Shown piece by piece: positions 52,913 to 64,000 of a DNA stretch of 64,000 nt. Each line of letters opens with the position of its first letter. Positions within the stretch are counted from its first letter, which is position 1. A program made the position numbers and the translations under genes. The notes beneath the pieces were generated by a model. It was not told the DNA's origin. It did no database searches and saw only the letters and a list, made by a program, of their open reading frames with translations. Source of the DNA: Sphagnum compactum (lineage: Eukaryota); contig OZ234493.1 in the NCBI GenBank assembly GCA_965153455.1, positions 20,078,213-20,142,212 of the forward strand, given 5' to 3'.

Positions 52913-54473
52913 TAAATTATACACATCGTACATACATATGTAGTCAACCATGTTTGATTTTTTTTAGTAGTTGCATTGTAATTGCATGCGGCAACTACTT
53001 TAGAACTATCGCAAATGTGCCATTAAAGCAATAACTATGTTGCAACTAGATACAATGTACATACATGTGATCATGCCACATGTCCACATTTCTACCACCC
53101 ATTATGGAATACATTTACTACTAGTTTTCGATTATGATTCCCATTGATACAAATAGTACAACCACTAGTGTGCCGCTATTAAAGTACTACTTATAACTTA
53201 ATAAATATACATATTCATTTTTTATTTACATTTTCATCATGTGTTTCATTTTGAGTGGTTTAAAATGTTATGGGATTGTTACTTCAAGGTTTAGAAATCA
53301 TCTTTGAAATGTAATGGAAAATGATTAATGAGAAAATAACAAGAAAAGAAATAAGCTTTCCAACTTACAAAACACATATATTTTTTCCTTCTTTAGACCC
53401 CTCCTACTTTTAAACTTCATAACTTTTTTATTTGTTATGCATTTTAAACGATTTAAAGTGTTATAAGAATGACACTTGAAGTTCTACAAATCATCTTTGA
53501 ATTCTAATAGCAATAGAATAACATACAAGGATTGTTTTAGATGTTTGGGAATTGGCCTTTGTAGCATTTAGTGGTTTGTTTTTTTAAAATTTTGACCCCC
53601 TTTACTTTGGGGGGCCATAACTTCCTTAATTATTATTTTTTTGACAATTTTAGTGCTTTAGAAGCGCCAATAATAGGGGTTCAAGTTTTGTTTGGACACC
53701 ACAAACAATGGAGCCCTCCCCTTGGATCTGGACTGCCCTTAGCACTTAAGTGTTATAGTTGCAATTCAATTGTAACTTAATTTGCAACTAAGGAACAATT
53801 AAAAGATTTAACCCATATGTTTTATCTTTGAATCCCATGTTACAAACTATATAAAGACGGCTTGTTCTTTCATATTCTCACATGAAAATACAAGTGTCAT
53901 TTTGGGATGAGCTCAAAAAAACTTAACCTAAAGGCAAAACATAAAATAAAATAAAATAATTTCATGATTATTTTTCTATATTTCTACCTACCTATGACCT
54001 TAGGTAGGTAGGTAGGTAGGTCCTAGGTAAATACATACCTAGCTCCTAGAATAAATATTCATATTTATTATTTATTTCAAAATATAATCAATATGCCACG
54101 TGGTAATTGTTTTATTGTCCACATGTCACAATTTTAGACCATCATTAACAATCATAATGAACTATGGAAATCAATATTTCAAAAAGAAAATATTTTTTAT
54201 GTCTAAAAATCTTCATAATGCCTTATATTAGATTTTAATACATGGATGATAATCAATGACATCAACATGACATCATGGGTGTAATTATAATGGAGTTGCA
54301 TGGTAGTTGAAAATGAGTTGTTTTGATTGAGTTGTAATTGAGTTGCAATGAGTTGCATTGTATATACAGTGAGTTGTAACTTTGCAACTCATGCAGCTTG
54401 TCCATTAGCACTCACGACGTATAAATACAGTGAGTTGCAAGGCTAATTCCAAACACCACTTTTTCTCATAGTG
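52913..54473. mobile_element. non-autonomous CACTA element, left TIR damaged
   Basis: Right TIR TTTCTCATAGTG; TGA on both flanks (52910-52912 and 54474-54476). Internal homology to 13456-15126 and 45662-47559 (aactatata...tgggatgagc; atgccacgtgg). Confidence 0.7.
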
Positions 54474-55175
54474 TGAGTATATTCTCACTATTTGACTATC
54501 CATTGACCCTAGTCATAGATCAGGGAGTTCATTTTATAGATGATGTTATCAAGTATCTGACTGATCATTTTATATTCAAGCATGTTAGTTCTACCACCTA
54601 TTATCCACAAGAAATGGGCAAGCATAGTTGACCAACAAATTCATTGTTAATTGCATTACGAAGTTAGTCAATGAGAACAAGGTTAATTGGGATGAACATT
54701 TACCTACTTTTTTCATACAAAATTACTTACAAGGTAGTTACAAGATATACTCCATTTGGTGTATGGATTGCATCCTTTAATGCCCATAGAATATTTTTTT
54801 CTGGCATTAATTGGGGACCATAGATATGCAAATCATGTTAGGGTACTCACAAGCAAACTAACATAGTTGGAGAAACTATAGAATGACAAATTGCAAGCAT
54901 AGGAAACTGTTGGGAATTAGCAGTGGAACTATGAAGTAAATAAAGGTATCCAAAGAAGATATTTAAATTTGGAGATCATGTACCCTGGTTTCCAAAAGAA
55001 TAAAAAACACATCTTGGAAAATTTACTAGGAAGTGGTTTGGTTCATACTGAATATAGTTATGCTAACCCAACAACACTATGGTTTTGCTCACTTTGGATA
55101 AGTTTGATCCAAACCCTATGGTTATTAATGTTCACAACAAGTTGAAACCATATTAGTTTTTGGATGACAAAACAT
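54474..55175 (+). pseudogene. integrase core/C-terminal remnant (family 3)
   Basis: PLTLVIDQGVHFI, STTYYPQ.NGQA, NWDEHLP, RYTPF, YGLHPLMPIEY and GKFTRKWFGSY. Confidence 0.85.
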
Positions 55176-56412
55176 AGACTACAAATCATTTTGAACTAGT
55201 ATACTAGGAAATATAAAAAGATGTGGATGCGAATACAAAAGACGAGGACCATGAAGGCATAAACATGGTAAAACATGCCAACTGGAAACACTTGTTGATT
55301 TTTTGGACAATATCCATAAAATACACCTTAATATGTTGAATTCATGAATCTTATTTAATTCATTGATCAATAATTTAAAAAGTTCTTTGACTTCATTGCA
55401 TAATATTGAAGAAACACATGTTTTGATATGCATTTAAGTACATTTTTTGAGCTGCAAGTACATGAAAATAAAACGTCAATTAGAATTATTATACTTTCAA
55501 GTTGACGAAGGCCTAGTGTGTATGGATATAGTTCCAACTTTTCATTTTATAATCATAATTTATCAAAGTTTTAATGTAAAAATATTTTGGAAAATTTGAA
55601 CAACCAATCAATTTAGAACATATTTTTCATCCACTTTTCTTATAATTCTTCAAACTTTATGTTCAACTTATAATAAACTCAATGAAATGTTCCATGACGT
55701 CAAAATGCAACTTAAATAGGTTTTTAATATCTTTTTGAATGTTAATGTTGAAAAAAAACTATTTTTGAAATTAAATTTTCTTAAGACTATTTTTTTCACA
55801 TACTTTATCATGCTTGGACCCATCATAAAAAACCAATCTATATGGTATAGATTGCATAGATTTTTTTTAAAAACCCAAGATGAAGGTGGAAACATTTTTT
55901 GTAATAATGGATGTGGATGATAGTCATTTGGATTCAATGCTAGATGGCAGCCAATGACATAATGTTTCAAATCACAAAAACCTAAAAGGTAAAGTAAGAA
56001 ATTAGGGGGCATGGGAATTAGTGGTGCTAACTTGTCATGGTGACGTTTGTGAACAATCATTTTTTTTCATCTTTTTTATTTTACATCATTTCCAGCATAT
56101 TAGAATGAGTGACGAGAGTTTTGTTGAAAAACTTTTAAAAATTACATGTGAAAAAAAAAAAGCAGGAGGAAATCTTGTTCATGAAATAGAAAGGGAGTTA
56201 TAATAGCATGAAACACTTGCTATAGAAGGCCAATAGATAAAAGCAAAATTAGTTTTACGTCTAGAATTACAAACATGACACTGTTTTAGGTCCATTTTCC
56301 ATCCTGTTCTTCAAATTACAAGTTAGGGAGGCAGATTATAACATGTCTATGTACTTTAGTGTGAACACAAATCAAAGTTGAGAAGTGATTATGTTTTCTA
56401 CAAAAACATGCA

Positions 56413-57323
56413 TGTTGCAACCCTAACCTTGGGCTTGCGACCAAGGCAAAGGCTTGTAAGGGTGCGGGCCAAGAGGAGGCCCGAGAGTCACATCTCATGC
56501 TCCCGGGAGTGTAGGGGAGTGTGAGGGAATGATCCCTCACACTCCCAAGGGAACTCCCACTTTGGGAGTTAGAGTCCCGGTGGACTTCTGAAGTTTCAGA
56601 GATCGATTGCAGGGGTCAAAACCCAATGGATTGAGGAGTTCCTTATATCATTGGAAAACTCTTGGAACTTAGATGTCTGAAATGGGCTCGCATCTCCCAT
56701 TTGAAGACTTTTAACACAAGTTATGGTCAAAAGAAGGGCCGGAAGTCAAATTGGCAATTTATTCTCGACCACGAAAAGTCGGGAATCGACCCAATTTCCT
56801 TGCGTCTAAGTGATGTGCGACATACCGTTGGAAAGCTCTTAACAAGGGTTACAACTTTGCTTTGGACCTCATCTCAATCAGAAGTATGCACACAAAGTTA
56901 TGGGTTCCCAAAGTCGCGAGAATCCTAGCTTTGGGAATTTTGGGACTCCCACTTGGGAGTTTCGGGACAAAAAGCCATTTGGGTGCTGGTCCCGTGGCGA
57001 GGCACAGAGTATACTATAAGGGGGGAGGTGGTGGCTTCCCCCGAGTCGAGGCCATGGTGAGCTTATGAGTCCGAGTTTGCTCATGGCTCGTCCTAGCACC
57101 AAAAGTGCTCTAACTTTGCACTAACCAACTTGTTGTTTGGTTTGTGCAGGTTCGTGTGAGTGATTAGTTGCTTGTCATTCTTCCTAGTTCCATCTCAGAG
57201 CTCCAGCACACCCCTCTACCCCCCCAAAATGCTGCGAGTCAAAGCGTGCCCCAACTCCTTACTTTTCTGCTGTTTCAAACTAGACTTATGTTTGAGTTTA
57301 TCAAGGAGCTTGGGAGCGCGTCA
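56413..57323. mobile_element. solo LTR (family S)
   Basis: TGTTGCAACCC...GGGAGCGCGTCA; reverse-complement homologue of 5652-6558. Flanks ATGCA/GTGGA only partly match. Confidence 0.85.
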
Positions 57324-57589
57324 GTGGAATTTCAGGTTTTTGAAGTGTGTTGAAGAATGTGGTGCTGACAAATTTTGAGGACGAGGACGATTTCCATTTT
57401 CTTCAAGAATTGAAAAAACCAATAGCTTCAGCACCACCTTCATCTACAATTTCTTCTGGGTCACATTTTGTACTAGGTTCTTCAACCCTAACTATTTTGA
57501 ATTAGATAATAGAACAATTTTTTTTTACAATGTTTCATTAACATTGATCTATTCTTTCACTAGAGCTTGAAAGGTTGATATTTTGACCC

Positions 57590-58450
57590 ATAAAACATGC
57601 TTATACTTAGGAGTTGGAGAGAAATATTACATGGGTGTCGAAAGTCGGGTTGGTAGGTCTGTTTGAAATTGAGTGGAGAGTACCATGCCATTTATATGTT
57701 GGTAGAGTTTTTAATACCTTTTAGATCAAGGGAGAGATTATTTATACAAGATTAAGTGAGAAGATTGTAGTTGTAGACAAACATTTGATCATAGATGTTT
57801 TCAAAATCTCCAACATTAGTTGGAAGGAGCAAAAGCAAGTGGATAAGTAAACTACAGAACCTATGTTTCAACGCATTGCTTTGCTAGGAACTTATGTTAA
57901 TGCAGAACAATGGAGTGTCGGTAAGATGAAAAACCCTTATGACATTCTTTTTCTTGCACTGGTCCAAATAATATATCATAGAGACAAATTGTGGTACTTT
58001 AGTAACAAAAGTACTGTATCCATCCTATCAAAGGAAAATATGTACATTGGGCAGATATAATGTTTAAATTCTGTAGAAACCAACATTATATCTGTATAAT
58101 TATTACAATTCTTTCTACAAAACTGGTTAAGTGGACAACATCTTAGACAAAAATGCTAAGAAGTATAGTCAAGGCTAATCCTAAATGCCCTCTTGCATCA
58201 TTTAGTAGATCCCCAAGATAAAAACCATAATTGGAGAGGAAGGGACAAGACATGGGGCAACAAAATATGGTAGATTTTGAGGATGAAGAAGAGGAGGAAA
58301 AACCTTTGCAGATAAATATGAGAATGCAAATGAGAGGAACAATTTCAATCTCGAAGGTATTTTGGCATTGCATATTATTTCAAGACAACAACATCCTTAG
58401 GAAGAAGTACAGATATTTGCATCATTTGCAACTATTTGCCAAATAGAACA
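57590..58450 (+). pseudogene. decayed accessory ORF downstream of integrase
   Basis: Protein-like text across frameshifts: WVSKVGLVGLFEIEWRVP..MLVEFLNTF*IKGEIIY..IDVFKIS..WSVGKMKNPYDILFLALVQIIY. Confidence 0.5.
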
Positions 58451-61400
58451 AATGGCTAAACAGAAACTACAAGTTGAACATCTTCATGAATAACAAGCTC
58501 CATAGCTTGAAATCCTAGCACAACCATAGTAGAAGCAAAGATAGAGATTTGTGTCTCCAAAACCATAAATGATTGGATGTTTTCCACCATGTTTGCCATC
58601 TCCATAGCAACAAGCACATGTGCAAACTAAAACATTTCAAATTCTACAATAGGATGATAGGCCATCATCCTCAACAAGATTGTACGATTTTGAAGAGTTA
58701 GGTTTGGAACCTATAAGAGTGTAGGGCCATTTGTAAAAACATGTAGAGGGGATACTCCAATGTTTTAGGTCACTAGGCATACATGTGGATCTTTGAGTTA
58801 GGAAGCAAAAAGGGGTCAATATTAAATGATGGATGAATTAAATCATATTAAGATTTCGAACTTAAAATCTTGGAACATCACAACTTTGCTTCTAAAATAC
58901 AAAGAAGTTCTGTAAAGCCCTAGTTGGTACACCCATCAACTTTTAAATCATTCAAAACAAACTAAAAATGAAGACAATATAGGGCTGGAATTAAAGAGAG
59001 GTCTTGAATTATTTTTTCAAGATTTTTGAAATAAATTATCATTCATCCTCTTCATGTGTTTTTTGTGTTGCTTTTTGACTTTTGACACTCAAAGAACATT
59101 TGTGGCCTTTTAATTTGCTTATCCAATGACACAAAAAATGTTCAATTTGGTTAAGGAATGAAGAAAATATTGAAAAATGTTTGGTGATAGGTACATGTTT
59201 GTTGATGGGCAATTTTACTTCACTTCTTTGAGGATGGGATTCTGGTTCTTTCATAGAACCAACTTGATTCTCCAAAAAAAAAAAAAAAAACAAACGTAAT
59301 TGATTTTCAATAACCTAGTTCTCAATTGGTGAGAACTATCAATTTGGTTTTCAAACTAGATATCACCAAATGTGCTACCATTTGGTTTTCATTGTGAGAA
59401 CTGGTTTGAGATTGATCTAAGAATTGGGGTCCTAGTGAGAACCACCCAACATCGGTCCAAACATAATCATGTAATCATACATGTAACATGCCTCTATGCC
59501 ATTAGTCTAGTCTAGGTAGATATGTGAGGTAGCTAGCGAAGAAGCATGTTGGGCAACACTGAGAAGCAAGCCCAGGATTCTGGGAAGCACATCGCAAAAG
59601 GAAGTTATATTTGTGTGTGCAATCGATTTACACCTTGGATGTCATGGGGTGCTGGCCTAAACAAAATAAGCAAAACAAAGCTGATAAAGTCTTGTTCATC
59701 AAGTGTGGTGATATTACACGCTGGGGGTTCTTCTATTCAATCATGACAACAATCATCAATTTTTGGAATGAAAACTAACAATTGATCAAATGAGTTGCAT
59801 CAATAAACCCCCAAATTTGGATGCTCAGATTCGGAACATCTGCCAGGTCGACGTTTCATCCTGATGTCCTTGGGACGTCCTGTCGCGATGTGAGGTTGCC
59901 AACCCTGAGACAGAACCGAGCTACTGTAATGGAAAGTTGAGGGAGCGACGTGTTGGGCCCCCTGAACAATCCACTACACCGCCTAAAAAATCAGGGTTAG
60001 TTACGAAACAGATCAGGAATTTTGCAGAAGCAAGTGTGCTGGCCATCAGACTCACAAGCCAGGGGTGGGGATTGCGGTCTAGGTCTGCGCTGGAACCGGG
60101 ATGTAAGTAAGTAGTAAGTACGTGTGGACCCGAGGCAAGGAAATACTTACAAGAGCCGGCTGGCGGTCTCCGCGGGTGTCAGCGAGGGTGCAACCTGAGC
60201 GGGGAACTGAGCTGGACAGCAGCAAAGCCGGCTGCGATAGCTTGTTTCTCGACTTTCTCTCTTGCAGTCCTGCCACTAGTTCAGGACTAGTTGCCCTCCT
60301 GCGTTAAAACTGTATCCGACCGCAGCCCGCGTGTGTACCTTAAATAACATTCGAAACAAGCCTCATAAACCACGTGGGGTGGAATGAAGAAGGGCAATCC
60401 CATGAGCTTTTGACTGCAATTCCCTTCTCACTTTGCATATGTTGGAACTTTCTTCTCTTGACTCTTGCCTCTATCATTAACAGATAGGTAGGTTTGAGGT
60501 CCCTAGTCCCCTACCTAGTGTGGCCAGAAAGAACCAGCGCCCACCAACTAGCACACCATGCAAGATGGATGATATGTGAACATGAAACACTTTTTCATTG
60601 TGTTCCTGTCCTGTAATCAATCACAGCGGTTAACTGTGTATCAACCATCCACATATCTACCTAGAAGCAATCAAGTATCTCACGTACTTACTTACCTTGA
60701 TAGTAATAACCATTTACATTTCTTACCCACTTGCCTATGGTACTTATCGATTTACATAAGTAATTAATTAGGTAGTGTGAGGTGGAAGTAAGCCTTGGGT
60801 GAACCAGCACCCATGATGGTGCCATGATAAAAATCCCAAAATTCATATAAATTATTTCTAATTATTACAAATAACCCATTCTTACACTAAATCAAGGTCT
60901 CTGAGTTCAAATCTAAAATTTGTGTGCTTAATACAAGGGCTCACTCAAAAAGGCAAAGGTACCAATGTCGGTGCTGGTTCACCCTGGCCATGGAGGTAGG
61001 AGGGTTTACAAGGTAGGTACCCAAGGTGGATTCCACCATGGTTACACAGGTGGTTCATCCACAACTGGGTCCCTGGAGCTTTCCAATGGATGGTGCACTG
61101 ATATGGGTGCTCGGTCACACGATCCTCTACTTAGATCTGGTAGTTAAAACAGGTACCATGTAAGGATAAGCCTTCATGGCCCAGTGGGCACCGTCAGATT
61201 GCAAAGTTCTAAGGACTTTTCCTAGGTACAGATTCTCTCCTTGCATCCGTGCAGGTATGCTTGCAAGTTACTATTCTATATTAGAGTTGTCCGTAAAGTC
61301 ACCCTCTGTTTCACCCCCAATCTCCTCTGCTTTCGCCCCCTATCCCCTTTTTCGATAGAGAGCAAAGAAATTTTATTAAATCTGGGTATGAAATGCTGAA

Positions 61401-62119
61401 ACTCAGCATTTAATGTACAAGGTTCAAGACTAATCATAGTAGTTGTACCCGTACGAGCAGTGAAAAAATATGTAGCAGCAGTGCAGGCGCTCAGGAAAAA
61501 AGAATCACAGGATGAAACTCAGTTTACCACAAAAATTGGTGGAAAGACTAGTTTGGGTCCCAGTTATTTCCTTTCGTAAAATTTTCATTCCCAGTTACGC
61601 ATTCGATGCCCTATTATACCAAAATTGGCCATTCTTCCCCCTAATCGCCTGACTTTACAGATAACTCAAATATGTTATCCCAGTTTTGCAAGATGGGATA
61701 TAGTGATAGTCAAAAGATTTGTATAGTGATGTCCCTCATGATTTACTCTAGTTTTGGTTTCTGTTGGTAGAATTTATGGAAGTTCGTATTTCTACACAAT
61801 TATTTTATCCCACTTTGCAAGACAGCTATATAAACTTTGCCAATTGCAATCTGGAGTCCCTCAAGATATACTGTACCTATAACTCATGTTCAACCCTAAT
61901 TTCTTAAAAGATCCAGCCCAAAAAAAAAACAAAAAACTAAGAGCAGCAGTTTGATGAAATTCTAAAAAATCACACAAAGTTCAAAACACAAAATAACTTT
62001 GAAACCTATTATTGGACTTAGCACAGATACTATTGTTGAAATTCTAAAGTATTCAGACTGAAGCTTCTGGGTGCCCTTTATTCAAAACAATAAAATATAA
62101 ATTCAGCAAGATTTGTTGG

Positions 62120-63010
62120 CCAGGCAAGGATATTGTGTTTAGATTCATTATAGAGTACTAGTGTGAACCCGGTGCATAATGCACCCGTCGAGCTCCCCCT
62201 CGCCCGGTCCTTCCCATTGCCCACTCCGGTTCTTTACCCCGTCGACCCCCCTCCCCCCGGTTCTTCGCATTTTCCACTCCGATTCTTTAACCCGTTGATC
62301 CCCCCCCCCCCTGTTCCCCTGTTATATATAATTAACTTCTCGCCCTGTGTTGGCCCCCCCAGTGCTGGCCCCGCCCCGCCCCGTTACCAAGCCCTGTCAT
62401 AGAAAATGCATTGCTCGGTTCTGCCATAGAAAATGCAGAGGCCGGTTCTATCATAGAATTGCAGCACAATTGTCGTGTCAGACAGACGTACCGGGAGTGC
62501 CGGGTCGGGTCCAGCTGTAACAGACCTCTCCCTCCCCCACCCCCCACGCCGGAGCCGGTTGGCCTGAACGCCGGGCCCCATCCCATCACAGACAAACGTA
62601 GTGAAATTTCTGTCAGGTCGAAATCCGGGAGTGCCGGGCCGGGTCCAGCTGTAACAGACCTCTCCTTCCCCAACCCCCCACGCCGGGCCCGGTCGGCCTG
62701 AACGCCGGGCCCCATCACAGACAGACGTAGTGAATTAATATATATGATAGTAGCTTAAGGGATTTTGGCCCCTATGTAGTAGGTCTATTTTTATACAAGG
62801 ACTTCTGAAATATGATATTTTGGCTTTTGTTGAAACTTGAGATTAGTTATAGAGTTATGATATCTTGAAGGATTTTGGTTTCTTTTAGAGGATTTTTTTT
62901 AAGATTATATTTTTGCATGGTGAAATATTTGAATTTCTACGATTCTTCTTTTGCCTTAAGATACTTTTTAATGTAAATGGCAAGGCCACAGTGTGACAAA
63001 CCCCTTGTTG
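62120..63010. repeat. dispersed repeat H copy interrupted by the Helitron
   Basis: gatattgtgtttagattca.tataga.tA | Tagtagcttaagggattttggcccc... matches 40679-40980. Confidence 0.9.
62158..62747 (-). mobile_element. non-autonomous Helitron (590 bp)
   Basis: The minus strand begins TCATATATATTAATT and ends GGTGCA-TTA-TGCACC...CTAG. Inserted between A and T with no TSD; the empty site is at 40707/40708. Confidence 0.92.
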
Positions 63011-64000
63011 AACATGAGTTGTAGCTATGCTATTCTAGCTTCAGTTTATAGTGCAGATTCACCTTATACAACATTTGGTCCAATTTAGGCCATGTATGTA
63101 AGAAATTCCTAATCTGGTTCCTAAACCTATGTACAATTTCATACCAAGTCTCTAAAGTGGATGGGTGGAGTTGTAAGCCTTGGTATTGAACTTGACATCC
63201 ATTAAACTTCAAGAGTCCAAAGATTCGAACAAACTACCATGCATGAATGAATCCCCCCCTCCAGCCACCTCACAATGAACATTTCCCATATCTGTGGCCA
63301 GAAACATTCATCATAGATCTTTATTGGATCAAAAGTATTTTCCAACAGACTTTATCCTCAATTGACCAGATTTGACCATATAGATAATAGTACTCATTTG
63401 AGGTTTTCAAAAATCTACATATTTAAGATTGCATGGCCAAATCATAACCGTTGGAATGCCTTATCACTCCAAAACTTTTTGATGTAGGTTAATGACATAC
63501 TGTTCAAAGCAGATAGTGGAATAAACAAGACATACTTAAATAGTTGAAATTTGTCATGTTGGTCTTTGCAATGATCAAGTAAGATCAAATCTTCCAACTT
63601 CAACACCCCGTTGTTTACAATGTTGGTGTTGGATTAAGTAGGTCCACATGAAATTGGTGTGTCATCCACAAATGATGCTTGAATTGAATTGTGACTTTCC
63701 ACTTGGCTCTTTTTAATTTATGGTGAATTTTTGCAAGGTGGTGACAAAATGTTTTGTGAAAGTTTTCTTTTTTTAGTGTAAATGTGAAAAAATTGCTATT
63801 TACATGAAAAAAAAAATTGCCAAACTTTCGAAACCACAAAATTGAAAAAAAAAAACCCACTGATTACACTGAGTCAATAAACAATTTTGAATGCCATTTT
63901 AAATTAGCAACCCATTGCAAATTGGACTGTTTCAAATTGCAATATTTCCACACATAAAACAAAAAAAAAATGGGCTTATATTGATGACATGTTTTCTGTG

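Noticed and set aside
60885..60915. gagttcaaatc B-box-like motif (tRNA/SINE)
   Set aside because: No cloverleaf or A box can be built around it.
62163..62718. GC-rich ORFs of 65-128 aa
   Set aside because: By-products of the GC-rich repeats inside the non-autonomous Helitron; no Rep or helicase motifs.

Overview
Eukaryotic, AT-rich, transposon-dense DNA, almost certainly a land plant: it contains a CCCTAAA telomere-type repeat, CACTA, Tourist and Helitron elements, and Ty3/gypsy elements. The repeat families look bryophyte (Sphagnum-like) to me, but that is recollection, not a search result. I found no intact host protein-coding gene, tRNA, rRNA or CRISPR array. The window is a nested TE landscape with these main parts. 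(1) A decayed Ty3/gypsy element at 1-~6950 (gag-PR-RT-RH-INT plus 3' LTR); its LTR carries a solo LTR (TSD ATGTG) in which a hairpin is replaced by telomeric repeats. (2) A related two-LTR element at 10002-20283 (4-bp TSD ACCC) that lacks RT/RH and has three nested insertions. (3) A young solo LTR at 30501-31309 (4-bp TSD ATAC). (4) Five non-autonomous CACTA elements, three with clear 3-bp TSDs. (5) A third gypsy family in permuted, deleted pieces (48.3-58.4 kb) with an extra 3' ORF. (6) Tourist-like MITEs. (7) A 590-bp non-autonomous Helitron (62158-62747, minus strand) whose empty A|T site is present in a paralogous repeat at 40707/40708. Several CpG-retaining islands and splice-bounded segments hint at weak or decayed host transcripts but cannot be identified. 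Coordinates were read by eye and may be off by a few bases.
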